Shown: positions 36,331-47,400, numbered from the whole stretch's first letter. The stretch: DNA of 63,922 nt, filler included, from Octopus bimaculoides (GCF_001194135.2; 4 parts of 4 records of this genome joined end to end with filler, not necessarily neighbours in it), one strand, 5' to 3'. Numbers and translations: made by a program. Notes: a model not told the origin generated them from the sequence alone.

Positions 36331-38640
36331 GACTACAAGTAACTACTACCATATGCTATTGTTGCCACCACTGATGTTGCCGTTGTTTTTGTTGTTGCTG
36401 TTGTTTTTGTCGATGTCATTGATGGTTGTGGGTTTGTTGCTGTCGTTGTCTGTTGTTACTGTTGATGTTTTTTGTTGTCAAGTTCAGAATCAGCCTCAAT
36501 CGAGTAGACCCGTGTTTAAAGGAACTCCACCCTTGACCATGTTGCTCGTCTTGTATATGCTGCGCTATATTACTCAACATGTTCTTTTTCTGTTACTTAC
36601 AGACGTTGTGACTGAGGGTGATTGTTGATTGCAATTACTAGCAAGTCGAACGACCATGAGTTTTCTCTCATTCACTCATCTTCATATTATATATTTAAGT
36701 ATATATAATTGATTGTGTATATACGTATCTGTTGTTTGGCCGTTGTTCAGTTCCTCATTCCAGTAAAGCAACGATTAAAAACATCTTAACTGGGAACACC
36801 TCCTTTTTATTCCTGATATGACGTATCTAGCTGGGTATTATCTTATTTGATCTGCCAGATTTTTAAAGAAAAAGGTAATGTATAGTTTTGGGGTGATATG
36901 GAGGCTGCTTGTGAGTGAATTTGGTAGGCAGGAACTGGGTGAAAGCTCATTTGATATATNNNNNNNNNNNNNNNNNNNNNNNNNNNNNNNNNNNNNNNNN
37001 NNNNNNNNNNNNNNNNNNNNNNNNNNNNNNNNNNNNNNNNNNNNNNNNNNNNNNNNNNNNNNNNNNNNNNTATATATATATATATATATATATATGCATA
37101 TAAATATTTTCAAAGAAAAGGTTCGCAGTTACTTTTGAGTTTTGGTTGTAGAGCTTTAATCGGACTGTAAATTACTTTGGTTTTCCAAATCTTATATACC
37201 TTTATTTGACTTCAGCTCGTAAGGTGAGCGATCTAGCTGCAAGGTAGGTGTGCTATAATAGTATATTTTGTGGTATATAAAAAAACCGTCTTTATGGATG
37301 TTTTGATTAGTTGTGCGGAAAATATGAGTTTTAAATAGAACAACGAGGAAGAGAAAGCGCTAATGATAAGAGCAAGATAACAAACACTTAAAGCGTGGGA
37401 GATAAAAGGAAGGACTAGTATGGAAACTATTTTTATTACGAAAGGGATTATTGATTCTTTATATGTTAATGTATATATAGATATACCGTAGTTACTTGAT
37501 ATTTGATTTTTATAGGAGTGCCTGTTACAGACGGGCAACAGACAAGCTTCATTCAGTGATTTATGTTAAAGAGCTTTGTTTAGTCTCACAATGTGGTTAA
37601 ATTTAATAATAACATCTAAACAATCAGTAATCCCTTTTTTGCCAGCCAGATAGTTTCTATATAGGTTTAACTGTAATACCAGGAAAAGTGTTTCTACTAT
37701 CCTTTCCTTTTTATGCGCACACTTTAAATGTTTGATTTCTTCCTTTCTTTCCTCTTTCCTTCCTCTACCACTCTTTATTGCAAAAGTTCTCTGAAACTCT
37801 TATTCCCCACTACACTATTGTATTATTCATTAAGACTTATTTATATACCACAAAAATATACTGTGGTACTTTACAGCGAAATTGTTTCAGACCCATAAAT
37901 GGCATTCCAACCCATATAAAAAAAAAAAAAAATTAAAAAAAAACTTACCCGTCAACGCAAGCGAGTGTTGTGGTACCGTGTTCTTGGTTACTATTTTAGG
38001 TGCCTGTGTGGTCACGAGCAGACATAGGCACTCTCTCGGCCCTCTCATCCCTGACCCAGCAGAGCATCGAATATGTGACAGCTGGAGGGTGGCACTAGTA
38101 CTAGGCTGGTACTCACCTGCTTCTCATTTTCAACCAAAGAACTGAAGCAAAGTGAAATGATGTACCCTACTCAAGGATTTTAACTAAGAATGTAAAAAGT
38201 AGTAACTAGATTGCACAATGCACTTTATCCGATGATCCGATTAATAGTATGTGTACGTATCTCTATGTGTGAGTGTGCGATTGCGTTTATGTGTGTGTTG
38301 GCACCGATCTTTTATTCTTTTTCCTTTAACTCCTGGGTTAATCTGTTATTAACACTAATTGATAGAATTATTTTTGATCACTGGATGTCAGGTATGTTCT
38401 TATCTTCATTTCATATGTACACTTTGGTACCGAGGTTGTGGGCTATTATACCTTTGACACATTTACATCTTTCATTCCTTCATTTCTTAAAACGTTCTAA
38501 ATCACATTATTAAACCACATTTCCAACAGCATATATCTTTTCATTGCTTCTTTAATCAATCATTTCAACCCATTTTCCCTTTTACAAAGTTTTGGAGAAA
38601 ATGTTCAGTTAATTTATCGACAGCAATTTCTAATTTACAG

Positions 38641-38792
38641 CGAACTCTCAAAGTCTAACGCCTAACAAGACGATTAGCTGTTATGCTTGTTCAACAGCTT
38701 TCAAGAAGTACTGGCAAACAAGCGACCCTTGTCTAAAAGGTTCTAAAACACTTCCGATTCAACAATGCACGGTTCAACAATATTACTGCCAG
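38641..38792 (+). CDS. Ly6/uPAR gene coding exon 2: (A)NSQSLTPNKTISCYACSTAFKKYWQTSDPCLKGSKTLPIQQCTVQQYYCQ
   Basis: Acceptor ttctaatttacag, donor CAG|gtaagg; 152 nt = 2+50 codons. Carries the xCYxC LU-domain start and five cysteines. Confidence 0.9.
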
Positions 38793-39160
38793 GTAAGGGA
38801 AGCATTTTTTAAAATCCGATCTTAGAGTAATTGCATTCTTTTTGAGATTTTTCCTGAAATTAAATAAATACCAGACATGTTTTGTTCGAGACAGAAATTG
38901 CAGCCGGTACTTTAAGTTATTGCAAGCTCTGTCTTTTTCTGATACCTCATACAATCGAATTGTTAGGAATTCTTCTGTATCTTCAGGATTATAAGCATTT
39001 CTTCCGTTAGCTTGTGTGTATAATCCGTGTGTGACAGCGACGACCGAAGCAATCTTCGCCTGCAGAATGTTTTCTCGTTGTTTCTTATGCTCCCTTCTCT
39101 ATACTCTATCTATATATATACACTTTTTTCTAAGCTCTCTTTACTTTTGGACATTACTTT

Positions 39161-39319
39161 CTAAGTGAATTAGAATTGTATCTTACCTCTGCAAGATTGC
39201 AAAAAAAATAGCAACTAATCGAGTGCTTCTTTGGCGCTAAGTTCGAAATCATGATACCAGGTTAACTGCCATTCCTTTTGCAATCTTGCAGAGGTAAGAG
39301 ACAATTCTTATTCACTTAG
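39161..39319. mobile_element. MITE with 44-bp TIRs
   Basis: ctaagtgaattagaattgtatcttacctctgcaagattgcaaaa and ttttgcaatcttgcagaggtaagagacaattcttattcacttag. Confidence 0.85.
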
Positions 39320-40146
39320 CTTTTTTTTTCACCATGCCTGTAAAAATTGAGTGATAATTCCTCTGGCTTCGGAGTTTCTATGACTCCTATTTTTAGCGAA
39401 GCTGGTGCTTCTTAGTGCCCAAATTATATATATTTTCATATATATTTATTAATTTTCTTATATGGTTTTTATGCTTGCGGCTTACTAATACACTAATATT
39501 ATTATTTCTTATGAATAATAATAATAGTAATAATAATAATAATAATGATGATGATGATGATAATGATAATGATANNNNNNNNNNNNNNNNNNNNNNNNNN
39601 NNNNNNNNNNNNNNNNNNNNNNNNNNNNNNNNNNNNNNNNNNNNNNNNNNNNNNNNNNNNNNNNNNNNNNNNNNNNNNNNNNNNNNNNNNNNNNNNNNNN
39701 NNNNNNNNNNNNNNNNNNNNNNNNNNNNNNNNNNNNNNNNNNNNNNNNNNNNNNNNNNNNNNNNNNATATATATATATATACAGCAAACTTTCTCAGATT
39801 ACATAGATTCAAAGAATTAGAGGGTAGAAGGCGTTACAAGCCCGACAGCTGTTTCTGAGTGCTCGAAGTTACTTCATAATGTTGGCAGATTTAGTGTATT
39901 AAAAATTTTCAGCCAGTAATGGAATCAAATAAACATTGGTAAAGTTGAATTTTTGGTTCTCCTTTACTATAATTATATTGGCCACCCTCTTCCTTAAATA
40001 TAACATACCTTGATACAGTAAACGCGTGTGCATAAAATAGCTACCTTGTGCAGTCTGAGCAATTCGCACACCCTACTCTACAGCAATAATAATCTTTTCA
40101 GGTAATGTGTGTTCACAACACATTCGATTCATTGTTGCAAGGGACA

Positions 40147-40745
40147 TTTGAGACACCGGTGTTTTGACTTTGTTGTGTCTCTTCAATCAAAAGACACGAT
40201 AACTATTCATTTATGGGATAATGAAGCAATAGTTTTTTATAATTTAATAAATTATCATGTGGACAGAGAACAGCAAGAATCAAAACGATGACTTACACTT
40301 TCATTCTTAATACGTTCCGGCAGATTTGAATGTGAATGTTAATCGCTGATGTATTTAGTCTTCGGTAAACATCTCCTTTTAGACAATGCGTGTTGACAAC
40401 ACACTTAATTCATTCGTATAAGGGATATTAGTGTTTCGACCTGGTTCTGTCACTTCAGTCAATGCCACCCTCAACAAAGAAACTAAACAAGAATGGTGGC
40501 TCTTGTTTATAGAGTTCAGCAAACAAATTATTTTTGATGCGTACTGATGTCTGTCAAACCAATAATAAATTACCATGTGCACAGAAAGCAGCGAGATTCA
40601 AAAGGCTGTCATATATATTCATTCTTAATACATTAATACAAATTTGAACGTGAATATAATTAACCACTGTTGTTTTGACTTAGTCGTGTCTCTTCAGTGA
40701 AAGCTACCGTCAGATCAATGAAACGAAACAAGAATGATGGTACTT
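40147..40745 (-). ncRNA. Three decayed minimal type I hammerhead ribozymes in a degenerate tandem repeat
   Basis: Copies at 40147-40191, 40423-40464 and 40659-40703; consensus CUGAAGA-GAC(N8)GUC-GAAA-CAC(N2)GUG-UC; each copy has different core mutations. Confidence 0.7.
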
Positions 40746-40910
40746 TTATATTAAAACGTTATTCAAATATTTGAAATGTTAGTCAACACGAATATTATAA
40801 TAAATTCTATTCTGTTCCCAATATTGAGTCATCCTATGAATAAATGTTCCGTTCTTTGTCTCAAAGTAACTTTAAAATAATAGCATCAGTTTAATATATA
40901 ACTATATATA

Positions 40911-41125
40911 AGGCGTCGATTTGTCAGAATCGTTAACACGCCGGGCGAAATGCTTAGCGGTATTTCGTCCGTCTTTAAGTTCTGAGTTGAAATTCCACTG
41001 TGGTCGACTTTGCCTTGCATCCATTCGGAGTCAATAAAATAAGTACCAGTTGAGCACTGGGGTCGATGTAATCGACCCACCCGCTCCTCCGAAATTGTTG
41101 GCCATGTGCCAAAATGTCAAGTCAA
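40911..41125 (+). mobile_element. SINE family A
   Basis: Full head and body. Confidence 0.85.
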
Positions 41126-41703
41126 TATATAACTATATATTACATAGTAGTAGATAAACTCTATAATATTCCCTAGATACTCTCTATAATATGCCCTAGA
41201 TACTCTCTATGTTATAAAGAGGTTATATATACGATTGTGTACACATATGCGTGCGTAAGTCATTTGTCACCAAGTAGTCGTTAATTGTCTTTGGAAGTGG
41301 AGATAATGTCAATAAATACCAAATTTATCATATACGGTGTTTATTATACTTGTACTTGTCTTTTTGTTCAACTGTACATGTCAATGGTCATTCTGAGTAG
41401 TTTCTTTCAGCTCATTTTCTTTTAAATTACAACAATAGAAACATAAACAGTACGTGATTGTAGGAACAGCGTGATATTGAAGCTAAATCTCTCCTACATC
41501 ACAACCCACCGTTTTAAAAGATAAGAGATGTTAGATAATGTATCTTAGCTACTCAAGTCTGAAAAATGATTAAAAATACAACAGATGGAATATTGTTTAT
41601 CTAACATTTACTGTAAAAGGGTATAAGATCTGCTTTGGAGCTAATACAACACACCACTACCACCACCATCACCACCACCACCACCACCACCACCGCCACC
41701 ACC

Positions 41704-41745
<42 letters not shown>

Positions 41746-41761
41746 GCTGCTNNNNNNNNNN

Positions 41762-41789
<28 letters not shown>

Positions 41790-41800
<11 letters not shown>

Positions 41801-41966
41801 TATGACGGGCTTCTTTCAGTTTCCGTCTACCAAATCCACTCACAAGGCTTTGGTCGGCCCAAGGCTATAGTAGAAGACACTTGCCCAAGGTGCCACGCAA
41901 TGGGAATGAAACCAGAACCGTGTGGGTGGTAAGCAAGCTACTTACCACACAGCCACTCCTGCGTCT
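41790..41966 (-). mobile_element. SINE family B, 5' half
   Basis: Reverse complement of the 42401-42574 copy. Confidence 0.85.
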
Positions 41967-42087
41967 AAATAATGATATTTTGTTAAAGTTATTTCTATAG
42001 ATCTTCTATAGAACTTATAGTCAGCACTTTTCGTATCCACACATCAGATGTAAACAGGCAATGTTATCGCAGATAAAACTGGGTAAT

Positions 42088-42134
42088 GAGTGTGTATGCC
42101 ATATTTCGGGGGTTGTCGCCCCTTCTTCAGCACT
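42088..42134 (-). ncRNA. Degenerate minimal hammerhead ribozyme
   Basis: GAGUG-CUGAAGA-AGGG(cgacaac)CCCC-GAAA-UAUG(g)CAUA-CA-CACUC; 5-bp stem I; cleavage-site U replaced by C. Confidence 0.6.
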
Positions 42135-42400
42135 CCTCTAACCCACTGTTGCCTACTACAAATCTTGAATGTTTACATACCAGCCCCAGGAATGCGTCTA
42201 ATATGTAAATTGGTATATCCAATAACTTAACACCGCTGTATGCGGTGGCTATATAAGCAATGTGTTTGGAGGCAATAGCGTGTTAGATGAGGGCTTGAAG
42301 CCCTCGATTTTTTCTAGTTTTTTTACCCAATATTTAGACGTTAATTTTGTAGCTTCAACTGCTTCAAAATTCGCCGTTACCATAAACAATCATATATATA

Positions 42401-42574
42401 TAGGCGTAGGAGCGGCTGTGCGGTAAGTAGCTTGCTTACCAACCACATGGTTCTGGGTTCAGTCCCACTGCGTGGCACCTTGGGCAAGTGTCTTCTACTA
42501 TAGCCTCGGACCGACCAAAGCCTTGTGAGTGAATTTGGTAGGCAGAAACTGAAAAGAACCCCGTCGTATATATA
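42401..42574 (+). mobile_element. SINE family B, 5' half
   Basis: taggcgtaggagcggctgtgcggtaagtagcttgc head through gtcgtatata, followed by a gap. Confidence 0.85.
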
Positions 42575-43594
42575 NNNNNNNNNNNNNNNNNNNNNNNNNN
42601 NNNNNNNNNNNNNNNNNNNNNNNNNNNNNNNNNNNNNNNNNNNNNNNNNNNNNNNNNNNNNNNNNNNNNNNNNNNNNNNNNNNNNNNNNNNNNNNNNNNN
42701 NNNNNNNNNNNNNNNNNNNNNNNNNNNNNNNNNNNNNNNNNNNNNNNNNNNNNNNNNNNNNNNNNNNNNNNNNNNNNNNNNNNNNNNNNNNNNNNNNNNN
42801 NNNNNNNNNNNNNNNNNNNNNNNNNNNNNNNNNNNNNNNNNNNNNNNNNNNNNNNNNNNNNNNNNNNNNNNNNNNNNNNNNNNNNNNNNNNNNNNNNNNN
42901 NNNNNNNNNNNNNNNNNNNNNNNNNNNNNNNNNNNNNNNNNNNNNNNNNNNNNNNNNNNNNNNNNNNNNNNNNNNNNNNNNNNNNNNNNNNNNNNNNNNN
43001 NNNNNNNNNNNNNNNNNNNNNNNNNNNNNNNNNNNNNNNNNNNNNNNNNNNNNNNNNNNNNNNNNNNNNNNNNNNNNNNNNNNNNNNNNNNNNNNNNNNN
43101 NNNNNNNNNNNNNNNNNNNNNNNNNNNNNNNNNNNNNNNNNNNNNNNNNNNNNNNNNNNNNNNNNNNNNNNNNNNNNNNNNNNNNNNNNNNNNNNTATAT
43201 ATATGAGTATATGCATATATATGTACATGTATGTACATACCTTCATCTACATGTATATATATAGATGCATATCTGGGTGCATGATGTTGCAAAGAAACAT
43301 GGACAAAATCATAAACAGGGTACAGAAAACACACAGGCCACATAGAGAACATTTCCTTCATCAGCTGATACCATTATAACACTGGCGTTTCGATGAGTTA
43401 GGGCAGGACGCATCGTTACAATGGCTCTTCCCACGGACACAAATTAAATTTGTTCCATGGAGGAATGTAGTGGCGGACAGAAAACAAGACAGGAAAACGA
43501 AATGGTGAAATAAACAAACAAAGAAGGCTATACAGCCAGACGTGAAAAAGTATGTGTATATTGAACGTTGTGAAGCACGAACTGGAATGAAACG

Positions 43595-44204
43595 GGACGA
43601 GAAAATGTGTCGATTCGCTGGGACTTCCCCGTTCATACCGAGAAAACTACAAAAGCTAATAAACCGGATATTATAATAAAAGATCAGACAATAAAGATGT
43701 GTTTATTAATTGACATGAGTATTCCTTGCGATCACAATAGAGCAGCGAAAGAATTTGACAAGATCAGTAAATTTAAAGACTTGCTAATAGAAATTGAAAA
43801 AATGTAGCATCTCAAGGCAAAAAATGCTTTCTAATTGATGTATCAATACCAGCAGATGACAACGTTTCCCTAAAAGAAATGGAGAAACTTTCAAAATACA
43901 AAGACCTGGAAATAGAGGTAACTCGAATGTGGAATCTAAAAACAGAAACAATTCCTATCATAGTAGGTGCTTTAGGTTTAATAAAAAAATATTCAGACAT
44001 ATACATAGAAAAAACACCAAGACTTACAAATATATATAACATACAGAAAATTGCACTACTGGGCACTGCACACATCCTACGCAAAACACTTTCAATACAG
44101 TAACCATAAGAGCATCACAGCAAACCACAGCACATACCCAAGGCACACAGAGCTGCGCTCGGTAGTGAAGTGAAAACATGTTATAAAAATAAAACTACTT
44201 AACA

Positions 44205-44210
<6 letters not shown>
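43595..44210 (+). mobile_element. RLE-type (R4/Dong-like) LINE 3' end made of two overlapping subfamily fragments, ending in (TAA)n
   Basis: ENVSIRWDFPVHTEKTTKANKPDIII..CLLIDMSIP.. then KCFLIDVSIPADDNVSLKEMEKLSKYKDLEIE..IIVGALG..LLGTAHILRKTLSIQ*; 3' UTR then (TAA)n. Confidence 0.88.
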
Positions 44211-44268
<58 letters not shown>

Positions 44269-44289
44269 AGAAGAAGAAGAAGAAGAAGG

Positions 44290-44710
44290 GCGTAATGATC
44301 TGACTTAGGTACAAGGCCAGTAATTTTAACGGGAAGAAGCCAGTCGATACCATCAACATAGCATTTGACTAGCACATGTTATATCAACCACGGAAGGATG
44401 AACGGCAAAGCGGCGCTCGATAGTACTTGAATAGAATATAAAGAACCTGGACAAATATCCCAAGGCGTTTTTCCGACGCTCTAATAATTCTGACAGCTCG
44501 TCACCTTTAATGGCTTCTGATTTGGGCACATGGTCAGCAATTTTAATGGGAAGGTGTTAGTCGATATCATCGACCCTAGCACTGATCTGGAACTTTATTT
44601 TATCGACCTGAAAAGAAGGAAACGCAAAGTTGATCCTAATGGGATTTGAACTAAATACTGCAGAGCATATTTTCCCTGACATTCAACCAATTTGACCAAC
44701 TGGTTGCCTT
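44290..44710 (-). mobile_element. Two decayed family A SINEs
   Basis: Family A body motifs in reverse. Confidence 0.65.
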
Positions 44711-45559
44711 TGTTAATAATCATAATAACATATAAAATGTTTAACCAATCAATTTCATGCGGAATACTTTGTACTGAATCTTACCTTTGCTGAAGTGAAA
44801 TCAAAAATAGTAAATAATTAATCATAATTTGATCCATATTGCTTAGAACGTTTAACACCGGCTAATAACTATTGAATACTATCGATTAGACTATTAGAAA
44901 TTAAACAAATCAATAACAACCAGTGGTTATAAACCCATGTGAGAGTTGCCACTGGTTGATCTATTACGGTCGATAATGCTTTTGTTACTGTTACCTGTGT
45001 TGTTGTACCAAATTACTGATTGAATCAACTCTTACTGACTCACCTAACCTAGATGTTGGTAGGTACCATGAAGAGGTTTACCAGCAAAAAGAGCGGAGAC
45101 AATACAAAAGTAATAAGTGCTAATTCGAACGACTATACTCCATCTCACATATCTGTGGCCTTGTGTCATTTTAATATATCATTTTATGTATATATGTGTA
45201 TCGGTAACCATCTTCTCTTTGCAGTTCAATTCTTCTGGGGTTAACTTGTGGTCGATTCAATCAAGTATACCTGCTCCTTTTTAAATATTAAATTCTGATT
45301 CAGTAATAATGGCCTGTAATAATTGGTGTATTGAAAACTGTAAGCAAAGGTATAGAGAAATGGTTGAAAGAGATTGAATAGAATGTTCTGTAGAGCTACT
45401 ATAGAAAGTTAACCTCTAAAGGACAGGAAAGATCATCGGGTAGGGAGGGGTCTAAGTGCTTAAAAGACTGTTGAAAGCAAGTAGATACCTAAATGTTACA
45501 GGTAGTAACCCGCTTCCTACATAAATGTTGTCAGGAACAAGACCGAATCTGCGTCAAAT

Positions 45560-45624
<65 letters not shown>

Positions 45625-45973
45625 ATAATAATAATAAATAATAATAATAATAATAACAATAATGAAAAAAATAATTTCTAACTTAGGCATAATGCTAGAA
45701 ATTTTAAGGGGAGGGGAGGTTAATTGGTGCAATCGACTCTAGTACGTGTTTAATTTTATCCACCACTGAGCAATGGAAAGCATGGTGAACGCAGAGCGTA
45801 AAAATCCGAAACAACCAACGTATGGCATTTTCCCCGATGCACTTATGGTTTTGAATAAATAACTTAATGGTTACTTATTCAGTGAATAAAAGTTTCGTGG
45901 TCATTGCTCTTATTTTTATTTAACGTTTTTTGATAAACATTTAAAAAATTAAATTGCATAAACTATATTTCAG

Positions 45974-46213
45974 GTGAAGACGAGCAGTATGTTTAAGAGG
46001 ATTACGAAAATAACTCGCGAATGTGTCGACAGCTGTATACCTGGATGTAAAAGGTATCTCTTTGGTGTATTAAAAGTGGACTGTACCATGTGCTGTAACA
46101 CGACTAACTGTAATTATGGAAACAATGGGGAGAGACTCAGAATTCCTGTGACACACATTATATGTGTCGTTATAGTTTCAATGATAACAAACTATCGAAT
46201 GTTGAGGACTTAA
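45974..46213 (+). CDS. Ly6/uPAR gene terminal exon: VKTSSMFKRITKITRECVDSCIPGCKRYLFGVLKVDCTMCCNTTNCNYGNNGERLRIPVTHIICVVIVSMITNYRMLRT*
   Basis: Acceptor tatatttcag, phase 0 matching exon 2. Contains the CCxxxxCN LU-domain signature, a small-residue omega-like region (NYGNNG) and a hydrophobic tail suggesting a GPI signal. Confidence 0.92.
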   Translation: MKTSSMFKRITKITRECVDSCIPGCKRYLFGVLKVDCTMCCNTTNCNYGNNGERLRIPVTHIICVVIVSMITNYRMLRT

Positions 46214-46273
46214 AATTAATATATATATAGATAATATAAAATTAATGTAATTGCAGATATTGATTTGATGATG

Positions 46274-46344
46274 AATAAATTGTTTTCTAACTTAATATAA
46301 TGATTGGAATTAATAATTGTGGAATACCAGAAGTGCCAAATAAA
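46274..46344 (+). promoter_or_regulatory. Candidate polyadenylation signals of the Ly6 gene (AATAAA at 46274 and 46339)
   Basis: Two AATAAA hexamers 60-130 nt after the stop codon; AT-rich context makes chance occurrence plausible. Confidence 0.4.
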
Positions 46345-46536
46345 TACCACATGATATTTAGATGGCGCTCTGAATTTGATATTCAAATGTGGTCATTTTT
46401 TTTTACCTGTCATCGTGCAGTTATAGACTGAAATAACACCTAGTCATCCATATTTATAGGGTGTGGCTTTTTAGCAAGCTGGTCCGTCCATTTCTGTAAG
46501 CGTCATTGCACTGAAAAATGAAACTAAACACACATG

Positions 46537-46596
<60 letters not shown>

Positions 46597-46622
46597 NNNN
46601 NNNNNNATATATATATATGTAG

Positions 46623-46661
<39 letters not shown>

Positions 46662-46772
46662 AACAAGTTGAAAATAATGGTCATTACATTTGATTCCATT
46701 GTATAAGCAAATTTGGCTTACAGCTGTATCCAGTAGTCATTATAGGCACATTGCTGATAGGTTTATGCAACT

Positions 46773-46952
46773 GGTCGATAAATCAACTGAGGCAAATTGA
46801 ACGACCTAGGAAGATTAAAGCTACTTTCGTCAGAGCTATTTCTGGCTATAGCAAGCAGAGTACTTTCTGCAATGCTCTGCCAGAAATGGTTCTGATGAAA
46901 GTAGCCTTAATTTTCTTAGGCGGTTCAATTTGTCTCAATTGATCAATAAACC
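46773..46952. repeat. Foldback hairpin (~80 bp arms, 6 nt loop)
   Basis: atcaactgaggcaaattgaacgacctaggaagattaaagctactttcgtcagagctatttctggc.. pairs with ..gccagaaatggttctgatgaaagtagccttaattttcttaggcggttcaatttgtctcaattgat. Confidence 0.88.
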
Positions 46953-47339
46953 GATTAAGTAAAGCTATCAATAATGTACTTATAATGACTACTGGAAACA
47001 TCCAAATTTGCTCAAATTAAGGAATTATAGGTAATGACCATTATTTTTAACTTGTCTCTTAAATATCATTCTGTTAAAAAAACAGTTTCTCTGGAACCCA
47101 TCCACGGATTTACAATATAGAATTGTGATGAACCATAACCTGGGATCTTATCAAAGATTACTTGGCTTATTAGCAATCTAACAACATAAAGGCAAATTTA
47201 CAGATGTCCCTATAATGATAGAGGGTACAAAGTGGTCCCAGCATTGCTACAAATAAGAGTCAAAACAACTCATTAGCTACAAGAGCAGTATCTTAATAAG
47301 GTGATAAGGGAGACAAAGCTTCATACGGTCGCAGCGATA

Positions 47340-47400
47340 GTCATATCACGTGATTTAGAATTTGGTGCATTTAGAATTTTAATGAATTCTCGTCAGTGAC
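47340..47400 (-). ncRNA. Degenerate minimal hammerhead ribozyme inside a ~350 bp unit with a direct terminal repeat
   Basis: GUCA-CUGACGA-GAAUU(cauuaa)AAUUC-UAAA-[16 nt duplication]-UCACGUGA-UA-UGAC; GAAA changed to UAAA. Confidence 0.6.

Noticed and set aside
36537-36617. Signal-peptide-like MLLVLYMLRYITQHVLFLLLTDVVTEG as Ly6 exon 1
   Set aside because: Appears to be part of an interspersed repeat also seen near 5910-6120; weak donor; 31347-31410 fits better.
38366-38391. Strong donor CAG|gtatgt 250 nt upstream of Ly6 exon 2
   Set aside because: The signal-like frame (LFLITGCQ) is phase 0 and incompatible with exon 2; the compatible frame is not signal-like.
46818-46908. Pre-miRNA-like hairpin (36 bp stem, G:U pairs on the plus strand)
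   Set aside because: Pairing continues outward for ~45 more bp with as many A:C as G:U pairs, so it is better explained as a foldback element.
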